A stretch of DNA of 64,000 bases, from the NCBI RefSeq assembly GCF_036321535.1, contig NC_087451.1, forward strand, positions 54,250,001-54,314,000, in the 5' to 3' direction. The notes under the pieces were generated by a model. It made no database searches, had not been told where the DNA came from, and saw nothing but the letters and a program-made list of their open reading frames with translations. Below, one piece after another: positions 11,401-24,960 of this stretch. Each line of letters opens with the position of its first letter. Position 1 is the first letter of the stretch. A program made the translations under genes and the position numbers. The DNA is from Camelus dromedarius (lineage: Eukaryota).

Positions 11401-14400
11401 ATGGCTGTCCACCAACTGCCCTGGAATCTTCCAGCAAGAACATTCCACTCATCCTTCCCCACAGGGTTCTTCCTTCTTCCCTGGTTCTTCCTACTCCCAG
11501 TCTACTTGGGATGAGGTCTGTGGACTCTCAGGGAGGAAGGCAGCCTCCCCAGGAGCCCTTTAGGATTGAAGGCACTGGTGCATCCCTCAGCCTTTCTGTG
11601 TAGCCACGAGGAGGCGCTCAAGGCATTTCCAAAAGCGAATGCTGGGTTTTTAACCTTACTGGAGCCGAAAGGCAAGAACGGAAATGCAGTTGAACAAGCA
11701 TTTGTTGAGTGCCCACTGTTTGACAGTCCCATGCCCCGATTTACATGGAAACGGAGTATGTTCTAGCCTCTACGAAGACTCCTTGAAAAGACTCATTTGC
11801 CTCTTCAAGGAATCATTTCCTGCCAACCAGCTTGTCTTCCCGCCTGTGGTAACAGCATCCTGTCTGCACCTCAGCCTCTCCCCCATACTCAGCTCCTCTC
11901 CACCCTTCCCTACCTCGGGACCACTGCTCCACGTCTGCTTCTCTGAGCCCAGGCTTCCCCACAGCAGACTGTCCCTAGGGACAAAGAGGGGTTGTGAATT
12001 TCCATGGGCGGGCACTGTCTCCTTTTCTCTTCTGGGTCCCTGACCCCCTTCTGTCAAAGCCCCATCTAAGTCGCCACCACTAGCCTCCTGCAAGTTCCCC
12101 AAACACCCTGAGTGCGGAGGGTGTGGATTCGGTGAGACCATTATCTGGGATGCTGGGCTCAGGAGCATAACTTCCTCACCTGGAAGCGCCGACCCAGCTG
12201 GCAGAGACTCGGGAAGTGGGTGATGGTGGTGATAACAATAACAGTAATAATATTAATAATAACATTGGGACCCACAAAACAGCTGTGAAGTTTTCTCTAA
12301 TGATCCCTTATATTTATAGATCTTCTCCTCCTTGACTCTTCAGAGCCATTACCCAATGAACCCTCCTAGCTTCCCTAAGAGGGACAATTAACCCCCGTAT
12401 TTTATGGCCAAGGAAACCAAAGCCCTGAGAAGGTGAGGGAGTTGGCTGAGGTTACACAGTGCATTCATGACAGCAGAATTTGTAAAGTAGCACCCTCTCC
12501 TTCCTTTCCTCTATATCCAGGCCCACCTAATTGTGCCCATATACACACACAGGCACATTCTCACTGTCCCCATTGCCGGGGACCTCAACATCTGGGAAAA
12601 GCTGGACCTGGAGTAAAGGATGGTTGCATGGATAACAAGGAGGGCCATCCCAGTCAGGATTGAGGAGGTCTTCTCAGAGCCAGCCAAGGCTCTAGGGAGA
12701 TCTTTCTCTGTTCTGTTGGACATGCTTCATGTCTGGCAATGTGCCAGTTAAGACCAGGACTTTCCAGACTGTGGGACTCACTAGGGAAGAAGTGTGGGAT
12801 ATTGGGGGGGGGCATGCAACATGTCCCCCACTGATAGTGCCAGGGATGTGTTCATCCCGAAAACCAATATGGATGAGGAATCCCAATAATCCCTTCCAGC
12901 CACAGTATTGGAAATGGCAACGTGATGCCAGTAAGGAGAGGAGATGTGGCAGTCCTAGAGAGGAAGGAAAAGGCCTCCTGAGCAAGAATGGCATTTGTCT
13001 GGTCTACAGAAGAGGACAGTGTAGACAGGAGTGAGGGAGGGGAGGAGAGAGATGCTGCTGGCACCTGTGCCTGAACTCAGCTTCGAGTCTTCAACAGGAA
13101 AGTCTAAAGAAATAAGATGTTTTTTTCTAGTCTGAACTCAGAATGGGAAGGGGGAATTTTTTTGCAGCAGCAGCAGCAGAGGGAGTAAAGTTATCTAATC
13201 TAAGAGCTTCCTGGTTATAGAAAGTAATGCCCTGGAGCAGGTGAGGGATGAGGTCAAAGTGGGATGACATGTGGCCAATAAGCACATGGGTTCCAACTGG
13301 CTTGGATGCCAGGACTGGGAGAGTTATATGTGGGTGGGTCCCTGCTTGGAGCGAACAGCAGTGGAAACCAAGGTGACCACAGCCTTGCCATTCTGGATTC
13401 TTCAAGTCACCCATCCTTCTTGACTGGCTCCCACCCACCAGTTCCACTCCTGACTCTTGTCTCACCCCTGAGCCGGTAGGCAGGCCCTGGGACAGTGCCA
13501 CCCTCAGCTCCTGGTTTCCCGGCTGAAACTCCAAGGCTCCACATTGCTGAGATTTTACTGGAGCTCCCAGCTGGGTCCCACCTTTGATCTGGCTTCAAAA
13601 AATAAACAGCAGTACCAGCAGAGTAATTTGCCCAACCTGCTGGGGAGGAAGGCAGGCTGGAGGCAGGTCCTGACCAGCCCAGCCCACTCCTCCCGGAGCC
13701 TGTAGTCTGAACAGGATTGGGGACCAAGGGAGCAAAGCCATTCTTCCTCTCTGACTTTCCCCCTAACCCTGCTGGAGCACTGACCTCGAGTCAGTCTTCC
13801 TTTCCCTGCCTGCCAGTCAGCAAGAGAAAGGAGAAAAGGACGGTACAGCTGCACCCCCATCTTCTCCCCAGTACCAGGCTCCCCACCCCAACCTCTTCCC
13901 TGCTGGGCTGGTTTGGAGCAGTGCCCTGCCTGGACGGGCAGTGCCCCTGGCCTAGTCCTGGGGAGTGCTCACGGACCACTCAGGGTGGGGCCTGGCGATG
14001 GGCAAGTCTCTGTCCACCTGGCTGGGCACCTGAGACATTACTCAGATGGCTGTCTCAGTGCCAGCTCCGGTCTTGGGAGGCTGGACGAAGGGGTGGGGAG
14101 CAGAAGGCTAGGCTGGAGAGAGGGTGGGTCAGTCTTTTATGGCGCTTCCTTACCATCCCTCTCCCTGTGGTACTGCAAGCCTGGCCCAGGATTTCCATCT
14201 TCTGGCCGTGGCCCTGCCCCCTCCTAGTTCAAAGGCTCTGGCTCCTCACCTGTCCCAGGATGCTTACCAGGCCCTTTTAAGTGGTTAGCAGTGCACCCCT
14301 CCCCCACTCAGCTGAGGTTTAGGGCTTCTCCATGCAGGTGCAGGGGATGTGGGGGGCCAGGGTGATCGGGTGCAGAGTCCGGAGTTGGGGAGGAGGCAGA

Positions 14401-16523
14401 AACACACCCCTGAACCAGCTGAACTGCCCCCAGTGACGGTGAGCCTGAGACTCAGAGCCACTGACCAATAGATAACCCTTCCAAGAATGGGGAAGGAGAC
14501 AGAGGTCTGGCCCAAGGGAGAACTGGCAGCTGAATTTGGTGGGCAAGAACTGAGGGTATGGGGCTGGGATCAGGTACCTTCCATTCATGAGATTCCCAGC
14601 TCAGCCTTTTGGCTTATTGGCTGAAATGAGAGACAGCCACTGAGCTCAGGGGCCTTCTGTGTTTCTGTGTCCATATTGTGCAGTCCTTCTCTCCCTTCAG
14701 GTAAGACTTCTACCCCACATACACACTCTGAAAGTACTCCCTAAATATTGAGACTCTTCCAGAATTGGCCAGAGCCCACCCACACTCCTGACCCCACTTC
14801 CCCACTGTGGCCCTTTCCTCGCCTGGGAAAACGGATCATGGGTGCCTGAGCCCCAGTGTCCCCAGAGGGAGGCCCTTCTGGAAGTTGTCCCCCTCCCTCC
14901 CCCTCTTTGCCCCAGGCACTGCTCCCTGACCTGGGGGCAGAGAAGAGTCCAGGGTGGGGGAGGAAGTTGAGAGTCACCTAGTCTCCAGGTGGGGCGGGGT
15001 CCACACCATGATAACCATCTTTCTGGCAGCTCCAACCTGTTCTATTGGTGAGTAATTTTTTTTTCCTAGAGGAGAAAGGTGAAGGCCTCGGTGGGGAGTT
15101 ATTCTGGCTCTGAAGTGTCCTTGCAGCTTCCCCAGGCCCCTCCAGGCCTTGTGCAAGAGCTGTAAATCTCTCACCGCCCACGGGCCTGGGTGGGGGTGGG
15201 GGGCTGCTGCTGAGACTTTCATGTTGGGAGGTTTTATGCATTTGCTCCTCTGACAGGCTCCACAGCTCCTGCCTGGGGCCTCTCCCTAGCCTGTAAAACT
15301 CCAGTCCCATAAATCTCAGCTGCCCCTCTAGGGGCCAAACAGCGTTCCTCCCACTCCACCCCCTACCCATAAGCATCTCCCCCAAAGAGACAGACAGCAG
15401 ACCCAGAGCGGTGGCAGGGAACTGTGGGGTGGGGGGAGGGGGAGGAGTGGGGAGGGCAAAACAGTTTTGAGAAGGGCAACACTTGGGTGGGGGGTTTTTT
15501 GGGGCCGCCCTCTCCCTTGTTCCTCTGTATTAGCTGCTGCCTTGCTGGGCTTGGACCCTGTAAATGAATGATCTGTTGTGGCAGCTTCCAGTGCTGGAGG
15601 GGCTTCTGTTGTGTGTTGGGGGGCGGTCTCTGGTGGGGAGGCTCTTGGCCTCCACTGCCTGCCAGCATCCACCTGAGCCTCCTGAGACAGGTGGCTGTCT
15701 GTCTGCCAAGCCCCCAGGTGTAGTCAGAGGTGGCAGGCAGCCCAGTGACTGCCGCTTTCCTGGATCAAATGGGGAGCCTGAGGAACGGGGAATGGGGTAA
15801 CAGTGGCTGAGACCTGGAGGGTCAGGAATGACTTTCACGGTCCAGTGGGTTCAGTAGTAAAACAAAGCTCCTAACTACCTAGTCTGATCAGGGAGGCTGG
15901 ACCCTCAGCCAGGACTGAAAGAGAAGGAGGGTCAGGTTGCAGGCCTTGGGGTTCTCCCTTGGAGGGAAAAGTCTGTTCGGAGGCTCCCTTGTGGGGGAGA
16001 GGATACAGCCAGCCTGGGGCAAGGAATGGGTGCAGGAGCAGGTTTGCCAGGAATGTGAGGAGCCTGTGCTTGGCTCTGTCCTTCCTAGAATCAGAGTGGG
16101 GAAGAGAAGAGCAACCTTCCCACTAAAGATTGGGAGAGGAAAGGTGAGTGATGGGTTGCACACAGCCTCTAGGGCAGAGAACATGCAATTCCGGGTCTCA
16201 CTGACCCTCCTGGCTTTCGGGGGCCTCCAGCAGCCCAGGCTTAGAAGGATTGCCTTCGAAATGGGAGGGATGGAAGACGGCCAGCCTGGTGGCTCTGTGC
16301 TGGTCTCTGGCTGAGACCCCAGGTGGACACAATCTCCAGGAGGGAGCAAGCAGAGCTGTGTTCAGCAGGGGCAACCTCAGAGAAGACCTTTCGGAAACCC
16401 AGGTTCTCTGCCCCAGAAGCCATCTTACCCACCCCTCCCCCATCCCGCCATGTCCAAATTCAGCCTGACTTACATCCAGTCTCTTCACTCCACTGCCAGG
16501 CTAAGAGAGTGCAAGTGGCTATG

Positions 16524-16688
16524 ATTATTCAACACTTAACTACCTGCTAGGCACTGCTCTAAACACTTTACCTGAACTTAGACCCACTTTACAGATGAGA
16601 AAGCTGAGGCACAGAGAGCTTAAGTAACTTGCCCAGGATCACCCAGCTGGATAATGGCACAGTCAGGAGCAGCCTGGCTCCAGAGCCT
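16524..16688 (-). mobile_element. MIR SINE
   Basis: Reverse MIR core: tttacagatgagaaagctgaggcacagagagcttaagtaacttgcccaggatcac. Confidence 0.8.
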
Positions 16689-17624
16689 GTGTTCCCCACC
16701 CCTGCTCCCGACTGCAGAAGTCAGGGGTGCGATCATGGAGACCAGAGCAGAGGGCATCCTCTGCACCTCCTCCGGACTCCCACAGAGGCCAGCAGGGGCG
16801 GTGTCCTCTTTCTTCAGGTTAGGAGCAGTGTGGCCTAATGTTCTAGTCCTGTCTGGGGGCCCTCTGCCTCCCTGGGGATGCCCACCTCGGAAGCAGCGTC
16901 AGGCACGGGCTGCTGACTCCCACTGGGTGTCCTGCTTCCGCTAGCGCCCAGCAACCATCGCGAAGCTACACTAGCAAAAAGTGAAACTGACTCAGCCGGC
17001 TTCCCGCCCCCACTGAGGGAAATGGGGAGCAGCCTTGGCTGGACAACAACCAATTAGGCACTTTTTATTATCCACACTGACGATTGTCATAATCCTCAGA
17101 GCTTGGCCAGGACGAAGAAGAGGAAATGGGATTGGATGGAAGTCCGAGAGGCCTTCAGAGTTCATCCCAGCCATCCCCTTGCTTCTGGGTGGGAGAACTT
17201 TCCTTCAAGCGAGGCCTGCATCCATGAAGTCAGAAGGTCTCTGTGTCTCATGAGAGTCCTTCGGCCTCAGAAAGGATCTTCTCTTGTCCTCAGGGAAGAG
17301 GAATCCCAGGTCTGTTTATTCCCTGGATGGATGAGGTCGCCAGGGAGCTAGGCTCCTGCTAGGATGTAGACGCAATCATGGAGGCCTCTGGTTGGGGCCA
17401 CCTGGTCATTGGCATCAGGGGTGAGGAAGTCACTGATTTTTCAAGTGCAGTCTGACTCATCTCTCAGACCATCCGTCCCCTCCACCAGACTGAACACTCC
17501 TCAGGAAAATCTTCCCAAGAGAGGGCCAGGCCTCATCCTCTACCCCTTCCCTCGGGTGCCCAGGGTGGAGCTTCATCCACCGTGGCTTCCCCCTCTTGTC
17601 CATAGAACAAGGATTCTGGCCTTG

Positions 17625-17805
17625 GCCCAAAGTGGGCTGCAATCTGGTTGGGAAGGGCAACCATTGCCTGTCAGAGCCTTCACTTCCTCATCTGTAAGAT
17701 GGGGTAGTAGTAAGACCAACCTCGATGGTTGTCATGAAGATTCAGTGATAAAATGTGTGTCTGACCCATGGTAAGAGCTCAGTAAGTGAGAGCTCTTATT
17801 AGCAA
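17625..17805 (+). mobile_element. MIR SINE
   Basis: Core gcctt-cacttcctcatctgtaagatggggtagtagta and 3' end gtaagagctcagtaagtg. Confidence 0.7.
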
Positions 17806-20779
17806 TTTGGGCAGCTGGCAAAAGGGAAGAGACTCCTTCCTGGGCAGCAGCTTTCTGCCCATCAGAAACCAGGAAGGGGTATGGTGGTTTCTCTGCCAGG
17901 TGTGTGTGGTGTGATGGTCTCAAACCCAACAGAGATGCTCATCCAGCATGGGGGTGGAGGGTGGGGGGTGTGGGCGGGGAAGTATACAATGACCTCTCCC
18001 AGACCATGGATCCCAAAATCATCTGAAAGAAGGAGGAGACAGAAAGAGGTGGAAATGCATCCAAGCTGAGCACACATCCGCTTTCTCGGTCATGGATGGA
18101 GCTATGCCCCTGCGTTCAGAGTGGTCCACAAGCTGCTTCACATATTGATATTGCCTCTCCTCACTAGGAAGGGGGCCTTGAGGTTGATGGATGCCGTGAG
18201 GAAAACGAGGCGCTGCCTCCCCAGCTGGTTCTGCCCTGGGTAAGGACCTTGGGTGGAGCTGAGCAGGTTGACACTTGGCATGGAGCCAGGGCTCTCAGGC
18301 GGGCGGGGCAAGCAAGTGGGAGGAGGGGACGACGTTACGAAAGAGGTGGGACAGACCCGCTGCGCTCTGTATTGGGCCTCCAAGGAAGAAGCAAGTGGGA
18401 AGGGGAGGGTTCCTTAGGAGGAGGCGCTCAGAAGCTCTTGGGGAAATCTTAGGGGAAAATGTTCTCTCTTCTTCCCTCTTTTCAATTTCAACTTAAAAGT
18501 AGCCTCCACCGGAAAGGAAGCCTTTCCTATCTGCTGCCATCACTCCCTGGGCTTACCTTTGGGGTGATCTGTTTACAGGAGTGGAGAAATGAATGTGCCT
18601 GCCTTACGCCGCCCTCCTCCCTCCCCACTGCTGTTGGCTATGCTTGCCAGTGGGCAGGTCCTGTACCCAGCGCTGGGAGTAGGTCCAGAAGGAGACTGTT
18701 TTAGGGAGCTGTTGGTTAGATAGGGGAGACATGGTTCTAGACCACAAAGATTTCCCAGTCTGAGAGGGAAGACAGAACACATTCCTGATTCATCATGAGT
18801 CCAGAAACAAGGACAGACAGCAAATACATGGAATTCTTGACTTGGTGATAGAAGAATGGGAAGAAAATCTGGGGTGGGGGCTTCCTAGAGGAAAGTAGGT
18901 GAGGTAGATTTAAAGGGAGACGTCAGTGAATGCCATTTATCTGTAAGCTGTGGCCATTTATCTGAAGAAAAAACTGCCTGAGACTTCACAGTAAATCTAA
19001 GCTAGGAGTCCAAATCTCCCCTTTTTCCCAGGCTAGGGGGCGGGCTGGAAGACTGGAAGACGGGCAGGGATGGCGTAGGAGTGGGAGGGGGAATGTGTCA
19101 TTTGGTGAAGTTGCTCCCTGGCCCATGGATGACCCAAAATCACTTAAATTAAAAAGAGAGAGAGGCGAGTTGAACAGGTCCCCGTCTGGTGAGTCAGGGA
19201 GCTGGCTGGTCGTCTGATCCTATGAGCCAAATCCTCAAATCTCTGGGGCTTTAAAGGCTCCCTGTGTCCGGCTTTGACCGCCAGGTAGGGATCTGCCCCC
19301 TTCCTGACCTCCTCCTCTTCCTGCCCTTTTGCTGCTCTCTGACCTCCAACCTTGGGGCCCCAAAGGACTCATTCTCCCTGGAAGGCTGAGGTACTTCTCC
19401 CCCTACCCAGATTTGGGGTAGACCTGGATAAAAATGGCAGGATGAAAGTGCCATGCAGGTGAGCACAGGGCAGGCGGGGCCAGAGGAATCCAGGCTGTCT
19501 GGCTGATGGGAGGCCTGGCCAGTGCTGGATCCCACCCCAGCAGCAGCAATGGAATTTAACCGTGTGTAAGAGGGTGCCAGGAGCAGGAGTATGTAGTGTG
19601 GGAGAGATGGAAGATCCACATGGGTCCCCAGAGCCCCTTTATATGGATGCTAATTGCCATTAGAGGGAAACACTGCAGGGAACAGGAGCTTTCAACCCTT
19701 TAGGGACACCAGGGAATCCCCCATCAGCCCCAAGCCAGGCCAGCCCAGAATGTCTCCTCAGGCACTTCCAAATCAAGACCCTTGAACTGTCCAGTGGGAA
19801 GGACCCCTGAGGCGGCACCTAGGCTATCCGCCTGTCCCCAGGCACGTGCACAGAAGCACGTCTCCTTGGCAGAGCCAAAGACTCCATATGTCCCAATTCA
19901 AGACAGACAAGAAGTGGGATCTGTGCTCCCTGCTTTTTTGGGGGACAGGAAGGGAAAGGGTATCCCTTGAGCCCCTGGACACTCTCCGCCAGCCCACAGG
20001 AGCTGGCACCACAGGCCTGCGCCTGACTGGCGGGGGAGGCTCAGAGCCTGGCTGATCCCCAGTCTTAGAAGGGGGGGAGACGGTGGCGAAGGGGTGGGAT
20101 GTCTCTTCCGCCTGGTAGATTAGTGACTCTGAGACAGGAGAGGGCCTGTCACCAGGCCCATAAATAAAGCAGCTGAGTCTCTCCCTCCATCTGTGTTTAT
20201 CTGTCTGGCCTTGAGTTTCCGGGAGAGGCGATGTCTCGGCACCCCCAGCATCAAACGCCAGGCTCAGAGGGGAGGGGGGCAGCCTCTTGCCTCTGCTCTC
20301 TACCTCTGTTTCTGCTTCCTCAAATCCCTTCCTCTCAGTCCCCCTCTCTTTAGCCTGGTCACTGACTCCAGGAGGCCCTCGGAGACCAGGGGGAAGGAGC
20401 AGGTAGGGTGAGGAGTGTGGCCTGAAGTCTTCACCAAACAGCTCCACCATCCCTCCCCATTGGTGCTGACCCTTGGTGGACTCCAGAAAGGGGGCCCGAG
20501 GCCCTGACAGAGGTAAAGGGCAGCAATCAACAGGCTGCTGGGGACCTGAGTGTATGAGACCCTCCGCAGCTACAAGCAGCACCAGGAGAAGGAGGCAGGC
20601 CTGCTCCTTAGGATGGTGAGGGACCAGGAGGGGACTGGCAAGCAGAGAGCCGGCCCTGGGAGAAGACTGCATCTCCCCTCCTGCTCCAGCTAACTCTTCC
20701 TCTCAGCATCCTCCTCTCTTCTTTCTTCCTCCCTGGGGCTTTGAAGCCCCAGGCTGTTCTTGGAACCCAAAACATGCCA

Positions 20780-20968
20780 CCAGAGCTTTTTAAAGTGTAG
20801 TCCCCAGACCACTTGCATTGATATCACTGGGAAAGGGAAGGAGGAATACTTGTTTAAATGTGTGTTCCTGGGCTCTCACAGAATTACTGAATCAAGAGGG
20901 GCTTGAGACCTCTTGTTTTAATGAGCATCCCAGGTGATGCTGGAGTAACTGAAGCTTGAGAACACCCC
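20780..20968. mobile_element. MER5-type hAT-Charlie DNA transposon relic
   Basis: MER5-like ends (...ttaaagtgtagtccccagacc; ...ttttaatgagcatcccaggtgatgct...gaagcttgagaacac). The subfamily is not resolved. Confidence 0.55.
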
Positions 20969-23549
20969 CTTGTGCTAATATGAGGAGAGGCACTCCTCTC
21001 CACCACATCCCCAAGGCCTGGCTCAGTGCCTGGGATGTAGTAAGTGCTCAATAAACGTCTGTTGGGTAAATGTATCTCCAGACAGTGACTTCTCCTTCTT
21101 TTACTCCAGGCCTTCTTCCCTGGCCTCGCCAACAACCCCAACTCTCTAGGGAGGGGGTGTTCCAAGTTCCTGCTTTCTGTTGAGGTGGTAATACATCAGC
21201 CAGACCCCTCCCCCACCCAGTGTCACAGGTCTTTAAACAGAACACACCTGCATTCGTCACTGGCATTCACAGAAACACCCTAATGGCAGGGATTTTAGGC
21301 TCATGGGCAGGTAGGTGGGGAGCACTCACTGGTGCAGGTGAGGCCCCTCAGAGTCACCATGGGGAACCACCTCCATCACCCACCCATGGGAGCTGTGCTG
21401 AGGTCAAGGAGTGGCAGGAGCCAGAGAAGCGGCAAGTCATAGAGAAGGAAAAGTAGAGAAAGTATGTGAAAGAAGAGCCATAGCTGGATGAGGTCTAAGG
21501 AGGAGGAGAGCACACCTGTTGCACAACTCAGGTCAGTGGCCCCTGGAATTTTCCAAAGGCCGAGGCATCCCAGTCAGGAATGTATGAGCACGTCAGTTCT
21601 CTCTGAGCCTCTGTTTCTCTGCATGTCAAATGACCATCTCTGGACTCTTTCAGACGTGGAGCCCTCTCCTTGGCCAGCCTGTGTTGCTGCCTCTTTGTAT
21701 CTGGTTTGCCTTGCATTTCATTGATTTTCCTAGGCTGGACCAATACATGTAGCATACAAATTAGTAACAAGTGGTGCGGTTCCAAGGTAAGGAGTCTCTG
21801 AACTGAAGATGGAAGATGTGGATGAAGGACACTTTGGAAGATGCTCACAGCTCCAGTGGTCCCCCCCCCCCCCAACCAGGCTTACTCTGACAGCCTTTCC
21901 AGCTCTGGAGGGGAGAGGGCAGTCCAGTGCACTGCAGGCCCAGGAAGCCTAGGAGGGGAGTGGGCAAGGACCCAGGCGTCTGGGGGTGGTGAGGGCCGCT
22001 CTGGTGATCAGGGTTCTCAGGCTCCCCAGGGCAGCAGGGAGCCTGGGAGCCAACTCCAGGAATGCACTAACATGGCAGGTGGCAAATACTTGCCCTGAGG
22101 CCATAGAGAGGGATGAGGGAGGCAGGAGGCTGGGAGAGAAGGAGGAGGCAGATGCCAGGCCAGAGTTTCCTGAGGAAGGAAGAGGCAGAATTGCTCCTGG
22201 GCCTGAGAGGGAGACAGCAAAATCTGCCATGCTGGCTGTGGCCGAAAGTTGAAGGAGAAGTTGAGAAATCAGCCAGTGAAGACCTGCGAGAGGCAAGCTG
22301 TCTGGGTCCCTCCTCCCCATAGAATGGCTCCTGCTGAGCCAGGCTTGGGGCAAGTAGAGGAGGCAGAGTCCTTAACCCTAGAAAAAAGTCCTAATCTGAT
22401 GGTGGAGACAGGGTCCCACCTTGATGGTGGCCTCTGTCGTAAGGACACAGCCCAGGTCCTTGGGAAGCCCCTACCTAGTCCAGTGGAAGAGACCTAGTCC
22501 TTGCCTGCAGCCCAAGGTGGAGGTGGGGGCACAATGGGATACTACGCACACTCTCAAAATTACTTAGGAGTTCTTTCAACAATCTATCAACAAAGCCAGA
22601 CCTAGGAGACAAATAGAGCCTTTCACAGATGGAGGGGACCCCAACATAAAGGAGCAATCAGCTCAGCAGGGTAAACCAGGGGAGGCTTCCTAAAGTGGAT
22701 TTTGAGTGAGATTTTGAAGATAGAGAAAGACAGGGGTTAGGGGCTCACCCTCTGTTGACCTGGAGTAGGGAAGGGTGAGAGCTGGCGAGGATGAAAAGGG
22801 GGACAGTGATCTCAAAGGCCTCTTGGCAGCAACACTGGATGGCCCTGGTCCAAGGAGGGGACTCCATGTCTAGAAGAGCTTTTTTCCATAGATGGTCATT
22901 TGACATTTAGGAAAATGGAGCCTTAGAGAGAAGTGACTTGAACAAGATGACCCAGGAGGTTAGGGGCAGAGTTGAGACCAGAGACCAGATTTTAGGGCTC
23001 CTAGTCCTGTACTCTTTCCCCTCCCCCAGCTGGCATGCTGATAACCTAGGGCTATTGTCAGAAGGTTCCAAGAGCCCTGCCATCCTCCAGGTGGGCTGCT
23101 GGTACAGGGGAAAGTACCTGAATCTCTTAAGGCCTCTTTTTCCCCATCTGTACTTTGGGGTCTTTCATCTAAGGAAGGGAAAGTCCTTTGCAGGAAGGTC
23201 CCAACTGAATCCAAAGTATTAATAGGACTTTCTAACAGTTTTCCTGTAGCCAACACGGGGAAATGGAGAGAGGGAGGGAGGCCAGCGGAGGCTGGGGCAC
23301 CCCTAGCTGATCGGGCACACCTTGCTTCCAAACAGGCCAGATCTGAAGGTTTCTGAGGGGAAAAAAAGAAGACAGATTTGCATTTGATTTGCATATCAAT
23401 TGTGTGAATTCCAGGCCTGGCCTCGTGCTCTGGAATCTCCCTGGCTCCTGCTCCCTCCTCTGTGGTTTCCCCACCTGCCTGAGAACCTCCTGGTTGCCAG
23501 TTGTGTGGCCACAGCTGGGGAAGAGGGGGGTTCAGATGTTGGTCGTCGG

Positions 23550-24350
23550 CTTCCCCAGGACCAACAAAGAGCCTCCTGCGCGCCAGCCATGCTCCAGGCC
23601 CTCCTGGCTTCACTCCCCTGGGGTGCCCAGGAGGCCTCCCCGAGGCCTTGTGGGAGGCTCCGGGCTGGCTGAGGGATGGCTCTAATCAGGCTGAGGGCCT
23701 CCTACAGCTCTGCCTTCCCCAACCAGGACCCCCTCTGAGGGTAACCCAGCGGGAGTCCCTTGGGCCCCCCTGCCCGCGGGGGCCGGTGAGAGTGGTCCCT
23801 GCACCCTCAGCCTCCTCGCCCTCGGCAAGGCCGGGCGCTCAGCGGCANNNNNNNNNNNNNNNNNNNNNNNNNNNNNNNNNNNNNNNNNNNNNNNNNNNNN
23901 NNNNNNNNNNNNNNNNNNNNNNNNNNNNNNNNNNNNNNNNNNNNNNNNNNNNNNNNNNNNNNNNNNNNNNNNNNNNNNNCCTCCTCCCCATCAACGCCGC
24001 CGCCGCCACTGAGCCTCCTGCGTCCGCTGGGCCTTACTCACCCCCGCCGGCCTGCAGCTCCCCCCGCGGCCCAGACGCAGGGAACTCCCCTCCCCGGTCC
24101 CCAACTGTCCTTTCCCGGCAGACAACCTCTCTGCCTCCCCCCTCCCTGCCCCCCACCTCCGCAAGCCCGAGTGGGATGGAGCAGTCCTGGCTGGGGTCTG
24201 TCTCTGGGACAGGGACCTTGAAAGGATATTTCTGTCTGAACAAATCCCCCACCCCTGTCCGTGCCCGGGAACCTGACCCGGGACTGGGCTCTGGGCACGC
24301 GCCTCGCATTTCGCAACATCTGGACAGGAGTTGCACCTGTCCGGACTCGT
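23550..24350. promoter_or_regulatory. Orphan intergenic CpG island (contains gap 23848-23979)
   Basis: Local CpG enrichment (e.g. cgccgccgccgcc, cccgcgggggccgg). Splice-donor motifs on both strands at 23785/23786 (+) and 24042/24041 (-). Confidence 0.65.
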
Positions 24351-24826
24351 TCCCTGTAGGGTTGGAGCTACCTGCGACCCTGATACCTGGGAGAAAACAC
24401 TCCACTCTAGTTTCTTTTTCCCCTTTTCCATTTCTCAACTACCTGTTTACCTATTTGCTGTAAAGGAAACGGAGAGAGCCAGAGCGAGAGAGAGTGAGCC
24501 TGAGACACACCCACACACAAAGGAAGAAACAGAGAGATTCCAGCAAAGAAATAGTCACAGAGGGGCCACAGGGAAGGCTACATAGAGAACCAGAGGCACA
24601 CGGAGACGAAAGGGCAGAGAAATGGAGAAGCATTCACTTCTCTCAAATGGTGACCAAAAAAGAAATAGAATGGACAAATAGAATCAGAGAGAGCAAGCCT
24701 CTTGTTTCTTGCCATATTTTATTAAATCTTGGGTAACTCTTGAAGAATAGACCATTGAAGTTGAATGAAGTCTGGACATGGAGGATGGAGAAGGACAGTA
24801 AGAGGAATTGGGATAAACCAAGCTTC

Positions 24827-24960
24827 TTTTTTTTTAATTGAAGTATCATTGATTTACATCATATATGTTTCAGGTATACAACATAGAGACAAAATTTTTA
24901 TAGGTTATATTCCAATTAAAGTCACCACAAAATGATGGCTATATTTCCCCATGCTGTACA
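24827..24960 (-). mobile_element. L1 3'-end fragment
   Basis: Poly-T followed by aattgaagtatcattgatttac...gtttcaggtatacaacatag, the reverse complement of a typical laurasiatherian L1 3' UTR end. Confidence 0.7.

Noticed and set aside
17772-17797. 9-bp inverted repeat TAAGAGCTC...GAGCTCTTA
   Set aside because: It lies in a MIR 3' end and is too short to be meaningful.
19824-20672. 282-aa minus-strand ORF
   Set aside because: No recognisable domain and low-complexity composition. Long stop-free frames are expected in GC-rich mammalian DNA.
21400-22300. Purine-rich stretch resembling an old ERVL/MaLR LTR
   Set aside because: I could not match diagnostic LTR termini or a consensus from memory; it needs RepeatMasker.
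23501-24463. 320-aa ORF spanning a gap (likewise ORFs across the gaps at 7.3, 27.2, 31.1 and 36.5 kb)
   Set aside because: The length is inflated by N runs and CpG-island composition; the translations are Pro/Gly/Ala-rich noise.
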